64,000 nt of DNA, from the NCBI GenBank assembly GCA_965213625.1, contig CBDBZU010000004.1, positions 704,001 through 768,000 of the forward strand, given 5' to 3'. This document shows positions 45,502-54,974 of this stretch, piece by piece. This DNA is from a bacterium (GTDB lineage Bacteria; UBA8248). How positions within the stretch are numbered: position 1 is the stretch's first letter; every line of letters begins with the position of its first letter. Below the pieces are notes generated by a model that worked only from the letters and a program-made list of their open reading frames with translations, made no database searches and had not been told where the DNA came from. The position numbers and the translations under genes are program-made.

Positions 45502-46398
45502 ATGCCAGGCGCGCCCAAACCCGTCACGACGCCCGCGCTCGAAATCGGCTATCTGGAGGCGGGCGACGAGACGGCCCCGCCCGTCATCCTCGTGCACGGC
45601 TTCCCGGACGACGCGAGGACGTGGGACCGCGTCACTCCCATCCTGAACGACGCGGGCCTGAGGACACTCTGCCCCTACGTGCGCGGCTACGGACCGACGC
45701 GGTTCCTAGACACCGCCACTCCCAGAAGCGCCCAGTACACCGCTATCGCTTCGGACATCACGGCTTTCGCCGACGCGCTGGAACTCGAGCGCTTCACCCT
45801 CGTGGGGCACGACTGGGGGGCGCGCGCTTCTTACTGTATAGCGGCCATGCGGCCCAAACGGCTGAACGCGCTCATCGTGAGCCCCGCAGGCTACGGCACG
45901 GGCCGCCCCCAGCAGCAGATGTCGGTCGATCAGGTGCGCGCTTACTGGTACCAGTGGTTTTTCTGCACGAGCCGCGGCCGCGATGCGCTGGGGGAAGATG
46001 CCGCCGGTTTCTGCAGCGAACTCTGGCGGACGTGGTCGCCGGGGTGGGATTTCACGGACGCTGAATTCGAGGCCACTGCGCGGTCTTTCGGGAACCCCGA
46101 TTTCGTTGATATCGTCATGCACTCCTACCGCTACCGCTGGGGGTATGAGCAGCCGGACCCACGCTATGAGGACGCGGAGAGCTTCATGGCGGGCCTGCCG
46201 GACATCTCCGTGCCGACGGTTCTCATTCAAGGCGCCGAGGACGGGGCGTCGCGGCCCGAGAGTTCGGAGGGCAAGGAGGGGCATTTCACGGGCGGCTACC
46301 GAAGGATTCTCGTGGAAGGCGCGGGACACTTCGCACAGCGCGAGAAACCGGAGGTCTTCGCCGCCGCGATTCTCGAAATCGCTAAAAGGGACGTTTAA
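45502..46398 (+). CDS. epoxide hydrolase-like alpha/beta hydrolase
   Basis: HGFPD, RGYG.T, GHDWG, GAGHF.QRE.P. Confidence 0.9.
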   Translation: MPGAPKPVTTPALEIGYLEAGDETAPPVILVHGFPDDARTWDRVTPILNDAGLRTLCPYVRGYGPTRFLDTATPRSAQYTAIASDITAFADALELERFTLVGHDWGARASYCIAAMRPKRLNALIVSPAGYGTGRPQQQMSVDQVRAYWYQWFFCTSRGRDALGEDAAGFCSELWRTWSPGWDFTDAEFEATARSFGNPDFVDIVMHSYRYRWGYEQPDPRYEDAESFMAGLPDISVPTVLIQGAEDGASRPESSEGKEGHFTGGYRRILVEGAGHFAQREKPEVFAAAILEIAKRDV

Positions 46399-46402
46399 TT
46401 CT

Positions 46403-47283
46403 GTGTCTTATATCTGTTATGTGAACGGCGAATATACGCCGGCCTCAGAAGCCAGGGTCTCCGCCTTCGACCACGGGTTTTTGTACGGGGACGGGCTTTT
46501 CGAGTCGATGACGGTCGTGAACCGGCGCATCTTCCGGTTTGAGGATCACCTGGACCGCATGGAACGATCGGCGCGCGCCTTAAAGCTCGAACTCCCCGAG
46601 ACGCGCGAGCGGATCGCCGAAATCGTCAAGGAATGCGTCCGACGCTCCGGCATTGACGACGTATACCTGCGCGTTGTCGTCTCGCGCGGTGCGGGCTATC
46701 CCCTGCTGGACCCGAGGGTAACGGATAAGGCGACGCTCGCCGTGCTCCTCCACGACCCCGCGCCTCCGCCCGAGACGGGTTCGAGCTACAAGGCGAAGGG
46801 CGCAGGCTTACGGCTCAAGACGGCGGGCGTGCGCAAGGTGCCCTCGGAATCCTTCGAGGCGCGGGTGAAATCACTCAATTACCTCAACAACGTGATGGCG
46901 AGAATCGAGGCCGTGGAAGCGGGATTCGATGAGGCGATTCTACTGGATATGCGCGGCTTCGTGGCGGAAGCGCCGGGGAGAACGTCTTCGTTGTCAAAGA
47001 CGACGCGCTGAGAACACCCAACGCTCATAACGTGCTCGACGGCATTACCCGAAAAGTCGTACTCGAAATCGCAACGCGACAGGGGATTCCGGCGGAAGAG
47101 GCCGACCTCACGCTCTATGACCTCTACACGGCGGATGAGTGTTTTCTCACTTCATCCTTCAGCCGGGTGCACGCGGTGGCCGAGGTGGACGGGCGGCCCA
47201 TCCCCGCACCCGGCCCGATCACGCAAAGGCTGCGCGCCGAGGTGCTCGAGATGGAAAAAACGCAAGGCGAACCGATAGACTGA
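46403..47283 (+). pseudogene. class IV PLP aminotransferase (IlvE/D-amino acid type) with a -1 frameshift at ~46975-46978
   Basis: DHGFLYGDGLFE, H..R...SA, VKSLNYLN, FDEA; restoring one G in ccgggg gives EAPGENVFVVK...LDGITR...ADECFLT. Confidence 0.8.
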
Positions 47284-47369
47284 AGCGCGCGTCCCCATTC
47301 CGTCGAGGCGGGAAACCGCCCCGGGATTCCGGCGCGCCGAACGCGCATGGCCCATGAAACAGGAGAAGC

Positions 47370-47711
47370 ATGAAAATGGCGACGATGGAGGATTTTGAGG
47401 AACTGGACATCCGCCTCGGCCGCGTGGTCGAGGCGGCGGATTTTCCCGAAGCGCGGAAACCGGCTTATCGGCTCCGTATCGATTTCGGCGAAGAACTGGG
47501 GATCAAGAAATCATCCGCCCAGCTCGTCGCGCTATATTCCAAAGAAGAACTCGTGGGAAAGCTCGTGCTCGCCGTGGTGAATTTTCCGCCGAGGCAGATA
47601 GGGCCCTTCATGTCCGAAGTCCTCACACTCGGTGTACCGGACGCGCAAGGCGAGGTGGTGCTCATCGCGCCGGATGACAAGGGGGCGGTTCTAGGCGGGC
47701 GGTTGTTCTAG
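47370..47711 (+). CDS. csaA: tRNA-binding/export chaperone CsaA
   Basis: LDIR.G, FPEARKPAY.L.IDFG, SSAQL, VVNFPPRQIGPFMSEVLTLG. Confidence 0.9.
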   Translation: MKMATMEDFEELDIRLGRVVEAADFPEARKPAYRLRIDFGEELGIKKSSAQLVALYSKEELVGKLVLAVVNFPPRQIGPFMSEVLTLGVPDAQGEVVLIAPDDKGAVLGGRLF

Positions 47712-47997
47712 GTCGAAGCCGACTGTGGAGGGGTTGTTGAAAAAGCCTGATTTCGCGTTTCCGCGTATGCAACTTACCGGAGAGGAAGGAGACAACACTT
47801 TCCCCATGTAGAGTACTCAACAATCACTCCCCCCTTGAGGGGGTCGGGCTTTCCCCTTGGGAAGCCCGACAGAAGCCGAGCGTTTTTACGAAGGTTGATG
47901 CGGTGGGGGGTGAATTGCGTTTTATCGCCACTCCGAATCATACCCCCCACCGAATCGCTTTCGGGCTTACGCCCTCAGCTCTTCGACTCCCCCTCAA

Positions 47998-49517
47998 GGG
48001 TCTGTTGAAAAACCCCTTTTTTGAAGCGGGTGTTCTGGCGGTTCACGCGGCGGCGGGGAGGGATCCCAATCAGCGCGCGAGGGCGCGATGAACGCGCAGA
48101 CGGCGTCTCCGGGCGGCGTAGGCCCTCCAGAGGGCGAATATACGCGCCGCAAAAGCGGCGGCCAGCCGCTTGAGGTTCACCGCAGTCGCCGTCAGGTAGG
48201 ACTGAATCTTCATGTTCGCAAGGCCCCGACGCACCGCCCGCCCCAGTCCGTGCCAACTCTTCGCTTCCCCGTGATAACCCTCCGAGCGCCCCATGTGCCG
48301 GCGCCACAGCCGGCGCTCCTCCTCCCCCCAACGCGCATGCCGCCGGCGCGCGCGCAACAGCGCCAGATACGCGTTGGGAATCAAAACCTCCTTGCTCGAC
48401 CGCGCCTGCGGCAGACAATCCGCCCGGAGCGCGCAGCCCGCGCAATCACGCGTCCTCGAACCATAGTAGCGCCCCCGCTCCTCGCTCCGCCGGGGGCGAA
48501 GCTTCTTGCCGCGCGGACACTTCACCAAGTCGTGGCGCGCGTCGTAGCGGAACAGCCGCAACGGAACACGGCTCTGCGTGGGTTCTTTCTTCGCCGGTAT
48601 CACCCCCGCCACGCCCAGAGGCTCCAACGCCGCGTAGACCTTCGAGTACGCATACCCCGAATCCGCCGTCACCACCGAGGGCGCGCGGCCCGACAACTCG
48701 CTTACCGCCTCTATATGGGACGCCATCATCTCACGCTCGTTCAACGTCCCCTCCGTCACCGTCACGTCGAGAACCACGCCCCGCTCATCGTCCACCGCCG
48801 CGTGGTGCTTGTAGCTCGGCTCGAACCTCGCCCGCGCGCTCTTGCGCGCGAGCCGCGCGTCGGGGTCTGTCCGGCTCACCGGTCCCCCGCCGCCGCGGCC
48901 TCCGCCCTTCTTCCCGCTCTTCTCCTCCACGGGGTTCTCCCGAATCACCTTCTCCGCATGATGCGCCGCCAGACTATCCCAGCTCACGTCCGCGCGTATC
49001 AACGAGGCGTCCACGTGAACCACCTCCCCCTTCGCCACATTCGCCTCCAGGCACGCCTGCACCGTCCGGCGGAATATCGCCCGGAACCGAGCCTCCCCCC
49101 AACGCTGACGAATCCGCGTCAGGCTCGAATGGTCCGGCAACTCCTCGTGCAGCCCGTATCCGATGAACCACCGGATCGCCAGATGCGCCTTCGCTTCACG
49201 AAGCAGGCGACGGTCGTGAACGTAGCCCAGCAGAAGACCCGCCAGCATCAGGCGAACCGCCACCTCCGGGTCGATACCCGGACGACCGTTGTCCGCGCAA
49301 TAGCAATCCGCCACCTCCTCCCGAAGCCAACTCAAATCCAGCACCTCATGCACGCGGTACAGAACGTGATCCTCGGGGATCAGCCGATCCAGCGAACCGG
49401 CCACGAACAAATCCATCTGCTCGCGCCTCTTCCTGCCTATCATCGAGGGAACTCCCATCTCGGGCGAGATAGTGTCCTTACACCCAATCATAATACCGGG
49501 GGTTTTTCAACAGGCCC
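47998..49517 (-). mobile_element. IS1182-family insertion sequence
   Basis: 19-bp terminal IR GGG(T/C)CTGTTGAAAAACCCC with one mismatch; 5-bp target duplication CTCAA (47993-47997 and 49518-49522). Confidence 0.9.
48070..49443 (-). CDS. IS1182-family DDE transposase
   Basis: IPEDH.L, GRP.IDP, LPDHSSL..IR.R, HVDAS.I.A, S.TDPDA, ADSGY, C..C.LR..C, E...GE.K..HG..R. Confidence 0.92.
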   Translation of the reverse strand: MIGRKRREQMDLFVAGSLDRLIPEDHVLYRVHEVLDLSWLREEVADCYCADNGRPGIDPEVAVRLMLAGLLLGYVHDRRLLREAKAHLAIRWFIGYGLHEELPDHSSLTRIRQRWGEARFRAIFRRTVQACLEANVAKGEVVHVDASLIRADVSWDSLAAHHAEKVIRENPVEEKSGKKGGGRGGGGPVSRTDPDARLARKSARARFEPSYKHHAAVDDERGVVLDVTVTEGTLNEREMMASHIEAVSELSGRAPSVVTADSGYAYSKVYAALEPLGVAGVIPAKKEPTQSRVPLRLFRYDARHDLVKCPRGKKLRPRRSEERGRYYGSRTRDCAGCALRADCLPQARSSKEVLIPNAYLALLRARRRHARWGEEERRLWRRHMGRSEGYHGEAKSWHGLGRAVRRGLANMKIQSYLTATAVNLKRLAAAFAARIFALWRAYAARRRRLRVHRALAR

Positions 49518-49592
49518 CTCAAGGGGGGAGTGAAACAATAGATTCTTGAAAGTTGTTCTAGGTTAAATCCGACCCAACGCCCCGGAGCGGCT

Positions 49593-50144
49593 TCAGGGGT
49601 TGCATTTGATAGGTTCCATGCGCGTGCCCTCACACTTGGAAAGCATGCGCTCCAGGACCTCCTTCTCGCGCCGGTCGATCGTCAATCCGTAAGACCGCCG
49701 CACCTCTACCACCCGGTTCGCAAACCAGCATTGGTTTTGAGGAGGAAGCCACTCGGCGGCGTCCTTGCCGCTCTTTTGATATCGGTTGACACTCGGCGAG
49801 GCAAGCGTCAAGTTGCGCAGGTCGCTAGCAAATCGGAGGCGCTCCACCCGGCTGCGTGAACACAGACCCGAGTCGTGCGCCTCGCTGGTAGCAACAATGT
49901 GCTCGATGTCCGTCTCACGTCTGGAAGTAAAGCACTTTTTCGTGTAGGGACCGTACACCGCTCCCAGACGCTTCACGATCTTCCGCTCCAGAGCCTGCGA
50001 ATAACGATAATCCTTCTTCCTGTTGTATGGAGAACAACGAATTTCAGGAGTCACCACAAGGCCGCGCCATGTCTCCGCCATGGAAACGCCAGCCGTCAAC
50101 ACGCACGTCAGCGCGGCGCTGGCGCAGATGCTCCAAATATTCAT
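49593..50144 (-). CDS. secreted HNH-like endonuclease (DUF1524 type)
   Basis: Signal peptide; DIEHIVA..EAHDSG, FA.D..NL, VNR..KS.KD.AEWLP. Confidence 0.8.
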   Translation of the reverse strand: MNIWSICASAALTCVLTAGVSMAETWRGLVVTPEIRCSPYNRKKDYRYSQALERKIVKRLGAVYGPYTKKCFTSRRETDIEHIVATSEAHDSGLCSRSRVERLRFASDLRNLTLASPSVNRYQKSGKDAAEWLPPQNQCWFANRVVEVRRSYGLTIDRREKEVLERMLSKCEGTRMEPIKCNP

Positions 50145-50251
50145 CGTTGGGTCCTCAGTAGAGGGCTTAATGGCCCTCCGTCGATACGTGTTTACGCTCC
50201 TCTGTCAGCTATAGAACAAACCTCGTGATTATTATTTATACGACGTGACGC

Positions 50252-51145
50252 TTACGTCAAATCGGGACGCTCCTCGTCCTGGTAATGCTCCAAGCCCTTG
50301 GGCGCGGTGCCGTTGTTGCGTAGCACGTGCATGGGCGCGGGCGTGAGGGGATGCCACTGCGTTTCCTCAGGCGGCTCTGGCCACTCATGAGAGAGGTGGC
50401 GGTAGGCGTTCGGGCTATCCGCGGCTTCCAGATGCGCGCACATATCGTCGCAAACCGCGCGCTGACCGACCCTGTCACCCACGTCTCCCAGCATGCGCCC
50501 GAAGGGATACTGGATGAAGACCGCCCTCGGCACGCATACCTTCTCCGATACTTCGGGCTGGTTGCATATCGAGACGGTGGCGATTCCCAACTCTTCCAAT
50601 CTTCTCTGCAGCAGGCTCACGGACCGCATGCAGAGCGGTCAGACGGGGATGAGAAAGGCCGCGTCCACGCCCTCGGAGTGCATCTTCTCCGCCATCAGGG
50701 GGGCCGTCTTCTTCATCAGGGGATGGAAGTTGGGCGTATAGCCCATCGTGGAATAAAGGGTGTCGGCGAGCGCGCCGATTTTCCCCTCGCGCTCGTAGTC
50801 CAGGAAGATATCCACCGGAAACGCGGTGTTCCTGTCTTTTTGCAGATACTCGGTGTTGATGTGCAGGTGCGAGTATTCACAGTCGTCCTGGGCGGCCGTT
50901 TTCGGAATCTCCCGGTGCGTGGGGTCCCCCCAGTGCGGCTCGCGCCACTCGCGCTCATAGTCGAATGAGACGTCTCCCTTCATGAATATGCCGGCAGTTG
51001 AGACGAGGGTGACCTTGCATTCAGAGAGCGGTTTTCCCAGCGGCGTCCACGGTGTCTTGGCCGGGTCGGCGGGCCGCATGGCGCCGATGCGCTTCTTGCT
51101 GCCGGGGTAATAGACGTATCCATCGACTTCCGTGATCGGTGACAT
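50252..51145 (-). CDS. PrdB/GrdB-like reductase selenoprotein B, UxxC (TGA 50639-50641 read as Sec), 297 aa
   Basis: ATC CCC GTC TGA CCG CTC TGC = I-P-V-U-P-L-C; KPLSE.KV.LVSTAG, GDPT.R.IP, D.N..FP, LEE.GIATV, VPRA....PFG..LG; the halves are in frame. Confidence 0.9.
50604..50635 (-). promoter_or_regulatory. candidate SECIS hairpin
   Basis: CTCTGCA...TGCAGAG 7-bp lower stem with an imperfect upper stem; apical G at about +19. Confidence 0.55.
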
Positions 51146-51165
51146 GGGGTCTTACTCCTTTCGAA

Positions 51166-51996
51166 TCAATAATTCGTATACAGGACGCACAAAAGCTCAT
51201 TCGCCAGTTCCGCATTTCCTTCGACCTCGAGGCGGCCCGCGGCCTCCATGGCGCTGCGCTTCGCGCGTCCATACAACAAGAGCAGGTGCGCCTCGCCGTC
51301 CGCCGTGATGATGGCGTCGTGCGCGCCTGAAGTATCAGCGGAATTTTCCGCCTTCTCGCCGGTGACGGTGATAGTCCATTCGCGATCGGGCGTCTTCGAG
51401 CGGAACAGGAATCGGCCGTCGAAGGGCGGGTTCTCACGGACGCCGAAAAGACGGCTCTGGCTCTCGGGCAGGAAGGTCATGGCCCCCTCCACGCCGTCTG
51501 CGGAAACGCAGGCTTCCGCGTCTTCTCCGTAGCGGATATCCCAGTCGTGCGCCACGAGTTCGACGAGCCTGAGTCCGATCCAGGCGTCCAGCCGCGTCAG
51601 GCCCCGGGGGTGAAAGCCGAGCTTGCCCAGGTCGTCCGCGGTGATGTCCGCAAGCGCGTCGTTCACCCCAGAGGCTGTGGCGTCGAACGCATCCATCATC
51701 CCGTCGCGGGGCATGGCCATGAGTTCATCGCCCTTCGCGGCGCGGATGGCGAAAAACTCCTTCACATTTTTTCCGTAAGGGGGTTCTGGCGGAAGGCCAT
51801 CGAGCGCCCGGCAAATCGAGTTCGTGTAAAAATCACCCCCCGTCGCCAGATGGGAGACGGCGTGCTGCGCCTGCCAGCCGGGGCAGAACGTGTCCACCTC
51901 CCAGCGCGCTTCGGTAAAGCCGCGCCAGTACGCCGAGAGGCGTTCGGTTTCCGATTTCACCAGGGCGACTCGAGAAAGTTGTTCTTCGGGACTCAC
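51166..51996 (-). CDS. maleylpyruvate isomerase (MDMPI/DinB)-like protein with SCP2-like C-terminus
   Basis: W...T.CPGW.....SHL, EL.AHDWDI, LL.YGR, L.VEG; GGAGG RBS before GTG 51996. Confidence 0.8.
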   Translation of the reverse strand: MSPEEQLSRVALVKSETERLSAYWRGFTEARWEVDTFCPGWQAQHAVSHLATGGDFYTNSICRALDGLPPEPPYGKNVKEFFAIRAAKGDELMAMPRDGMMDAFDATASGVNDALADITADDLGKLGFHPRGLTRLDAWIGLRLVELVAHDWDIRYGEDAEACVSADGVEGAMTFLPESQSRLFGVRENPPFDGRFLFRSKTPDREWTITVTGEKAENSADTSGAHDAIITADGEAHLLLLYGRAKRSAMEAAGRLEVEGNAELANELLCVLYTNY

Positions 51997-52218
51997 GTGG
52001 GCGCACCTCCGTATCACGAAATCGCGATTGTCTTTGAAAAAGAAATCCCCATCTCTTGAATGGGGAGAGGGCTTAAGTATTGCGAAAGCCGGGGCCGCTG
52101 GCAAGGCCCGCAAGCTGGCGGGTGAGGGGGGAGTTCTGCTAGGTTAGGGCCTTGGGTCAAGGAGCGCGGCGAGGCGGAATCTCCCGGCAGCCGCTCTCTT
52201 TTCAGGAGACGAAAATCC

Positions 52219-53544
52219 ATGTCCCCGCTGATGGTGGTCGCAGACGCCGAGGGCAACCTGTTCGAACACCCCGAGCTCGAGATGGTGGGCGCGCAGGGGG
52301 CCGAACCCGTGGCGCCCGAGCCCGAGGAACTCTCGCCCCTGCCGGATGGGAGCAAGTTCTTCACCATCCCCGACAGCACGCCCGTGGGCGGCGACGCGGG
52401 AGAGGACACGCTCGTGAGCGTGGAAGAAGCGGACTGGGGCGACGGACCCGCCACCCTGCAAGCCGCCTGCACGTTCCCCTCGCCGGGGTGGATGCGCACC
52501 CTGCTCCCCTTCGCCGAGAGAGACACCGGCGCGGCGGTCCTCCCCCTTTGGGCCTACACCGCGCTCGGTTTCGATGAGGCGAGCGGGGAATTCGTATGCG
52601 CCGCCGTGCGCGTGGACGACTGCCCGCGCTGGGAGCCCGAGGAATACGACGACACGGGGCTGTCCGGGCGAATCGAACGCATGCTCAATGCCCACCCCAA
52701 GAACCGGATGGTTCCCCACCTCGCGCGCTGCGCGCGTGAGTTCCACTGTTTCGCGGCGAAAAACTTCTTCGCGCGCCGCTGGGAGATGGGCCTGCCGATC
52801 GCCCCGCTCTGCAACGCGGATTGCCGGGGGTGCATATCGCTCCAGACGGACGACCTCTTCCCGGCGAGCCACCAGCGCATCGAGATCGTCCCCACACCGG
52901 ATGAGCTCACGGAAATCGCCGTCCCCCATCTCGAGGGCGCCGAGATGGCCGTCGCGAGCTTTGGCCAGGGATGCGAGGGGGAGCCGCTGCTCCAGGCGGG
53001 CGTCATCGAGCGAGCCTGCCGCCTCATCCGCGAGCGCACTCTGCAAGGCACCCTGCACCTGAACACGAACGGCAGCCGCCCCGAGTGGATGGCGCGACTC
53101 GCTGCGGCGGGTTTGGAGAGCATCCGCATCAGCACGAACAGCGTGACACCCGAGTGGCACCACGCGTATTACCGGCCGGAGACGTATGACTTCTCCCACG
53201 TGGAGGATTGCGTGAAGGCGGCCGTGGACGCAGGGCTTTATACGCAGATCAACTATCTGGTCTTCCCCGGCGTCACGGACCTGGAAGCCGAGGTCGAGGC
53301 CACTCTCGATTTCGCCGGAAGAACGGGCCTGCACGTGATCCAGATGAAGAACCTCTGCATCGACCCCGCGCTCTATCTCGACACCCTGCCCGACATCGGG
53401 GACATGGGCGAGGCGATGGGGATGGTGCGCGCTCTGGACGTCTACCGCGCAGAACTGCCCGACGTGGCGATCCGCTACTTCAACCGGCCAAAAGAGGAAT
53501 GGCACATCGATCCCAAGGGCTCGAAAGCGGGGGCCGTGCGATGA
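52219..53544 (+). CDS. radical SAM protein of unknown function
   Basis: CNADCRGC (CxxxCxxC), SFGQGCEGEPLL, NTNGS; ATGA overlap with rimO. Confidence 0.88.
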   Translation: MSPLMVVADAEGNLFEHPELEMVGAQGAEPVAPEPEELSPLPDGSKFFTIPDSTPVGGDAGEDTLVSVEEADWGDGPATLQAACTFPSPGWMRTLLPFAERDTGAAVLPLWAYTALGFDEASGEFVCAAVRVDDCPRWEPEEYDDTGLSGRIERMLNAHPKNRMVPHLARCAREFHCFAAKNFFARRWEMGLPIAPLCNADCRGCISLQTDDLFPASHQRIEIVPTPDELTEIAVPHLEGAEMAVASFGQGCEGEPLLQAGVIERACRLIRERTLQGTLHLNTNGSRPEWMARLAAAGLESIRISTNSVTPEWHHAYYRPETYDFSHVEDCVKAAVDAGLYTQINYLVFPGVTDLEAEVEATLDFAGRTGLHVIQMKNLCIDPALYLDTLPDIGDMGEAMGMVRALDVYRAELPDVAIRYFNRPKEEWHIDPKGSKAGAVR

Positions 53545-54971
53545 ACGAGAACCTCCTGCATATCAAGCCCATCTCCGAGATGCCGCTCGTGCGGCGCGAT
53601 GCGCCCGTCCCGATGGGGCCGGAAGCGCCAGGCGCTGCGCTCATCTCGCTCGGCTGCGCCAAGAACACGGTGGATTCCGAGATCATGCTCGCCGCACTCG
53701 CGGGCGCGGGATACCGGCTCGTGAGCGAGGCCGAGGACGCGCAGGTCGCCATCGTCAACACGTGCGGCTTCATCGAGGAAGCGAAGCGCGAATCCATTGA
53801 CACCATCCTCGAAGTCGCCCAGTTAAAGGAAGCGGGCGGTCTCGAAACCCTGGTGGTGGCGGGCTGTCTGGCCGAGCGCTACCGGGGGGAACTCGCACAG
53901 GGGCTGCCCGAGGTGGACCTGTTCATCGGCACGCGCGAGTACGACCAGTTGCCCGCGCTATTGATGGGAGAGCGCGGCGGCGCGCGCGAGGCGTTCTCGG
54001 ACACCCTGATGGACTACGGCAGGCGGCTGCCGCGCATCCTCGCCGAGCCGGGGCCGAGCGCGTACCTGAAAGTCGCCGAGGGCTGCTCACGGCCCTGCAC
54101 CTTCTGCGTGATCCCGAGGTTCCGCGGCAGGTTCCGCTCGCGTCCGCTCGACCTGGTGGTGGAAGAGGCGGGCGCGCTTGCCGAGGCGGGAGTTCGGGAG
54201 GTGAACCTGCTGGCGCAGGAGATCACGAGCTACGGGGTCGACTTAGGCCTCGGCTTCTCGCTCGCACGGCTGCTCGAAGAATTGAATGAGGTGGAAGGCT
54301 TGGACTGGATCCGCGTGCTCTACAACTACCCGCGCGGGGTGACGGACGAGCTGCTCGACGCCTACAGCGACCTCCCCAAGGTGTGCGAGTACATCGACAT
54401 GCCGCTCCAGCACGTCGCCACGCCCGTGCTCGCCGCCATGCGGCGGGGCATCGATGAGGCGGGTACGCGCGAACTCGTAGCGCGCATCAAGGAACGCGTG
54501 CCCGGCTGCGCGCTCCGGACCACCATGCTGGTCGGCTTTCCGGGAGAGACGGACGCGGACTTCGAACTCCTGCTCGACTTCGTAGAGGAGACGCGATTCG
54601 CCCGGCTGGGCGGGTTCGTCTTCTCGCCCGAGGAGCGCTCCATCGCAGCGCGGCTGCCCGATCAGGTACCCGTGGAACTCGCGCGCGAACGCATGGCGCG
54701 GCTGCTCGCGCTCCAAGAGCACATCATGGCCGAGGACAACGAGGCGCTCACAGGCCAGGAGACGCAGGTGCTCGTCGAGGGACTGACGGGAGAGGGGCTT
54801 CTGCGCGGACGAACGCGGCTCCAGGCCCCGGAGGTGGACGGCGAAGTGTTCCTGCACGAGACGGAAGCCGAGCCCGGGGAGATCATCGCGTGTGAGATCA
54901 TCGGCACAGACGGCGTGGACCTTATCGCGCGCGGCGCCACGGCGGACGAAAGCGCAGCGCCCGGGAGATGA
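53541..54971 (+). CDS. rimO: ribosomal protein S12 methylthiotransferase RimO
   Basis: SLGCAKN.VDSE, NTCGFI..AK.ESI, AYLKVAEGC...CTFC.IP, C.YIDMPLQH, C-terminal TRAM with APEVDG. Confidence 0.93.
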   Translation: MNENLLHIKPISEMPLVRRDAPVPMGPEAPGAALISLGCAKNTVDSEIMLAALAGAGYRLVSEAEDAQVAIVNTCGFIEEAKRESIDTILEVAQLKEAGGLETLVVAGCLAERYRGELAQGLPEVDLFIGTREYDQLPALLMGERGGAREAFSDTLMDYGRRLPRILAEPGPSAYLKVAEGCSRPCTFCVIPRFRGRFRSRPLDLVVEEAGALAEAGVREVNLLAQEITSYGVDLGLGFSLARLLEELNEVEGLDWIRVLYNYPRGVTDELLDAYSDLPKVCEYIDMPLQHVATPVLAAMRRGIDEAGTRELVARIKERVPGCALRTTMLVGFPGETDADFELLLDFVEETRFARLGGFVFSPEERSIAARLPDQVPVELARERMARLLALQEHIMAEDNEALTGQETQVLVEGLTGEGLLRGRTRLQAPEVDGEVFLHETEAEPGEIIACEIIGTDGVDLIARGATADESAAPGR

Positions 54972-54974
54972 GAC

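Larger units (their letters stand above)
47824..49533. repeat. ~190-bp palindromic repeat element with 20-bp terminal IR, split by the IS
   Basis: TCACTCCCCCCTTGAGGGGG (47824-47843) is the exact reverse complement of the reconstructed right end CCCCCTCAA|GGGGGGAGTGA; inner arms cggtggggggt / accccccaccg. Confidence 0.75.
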
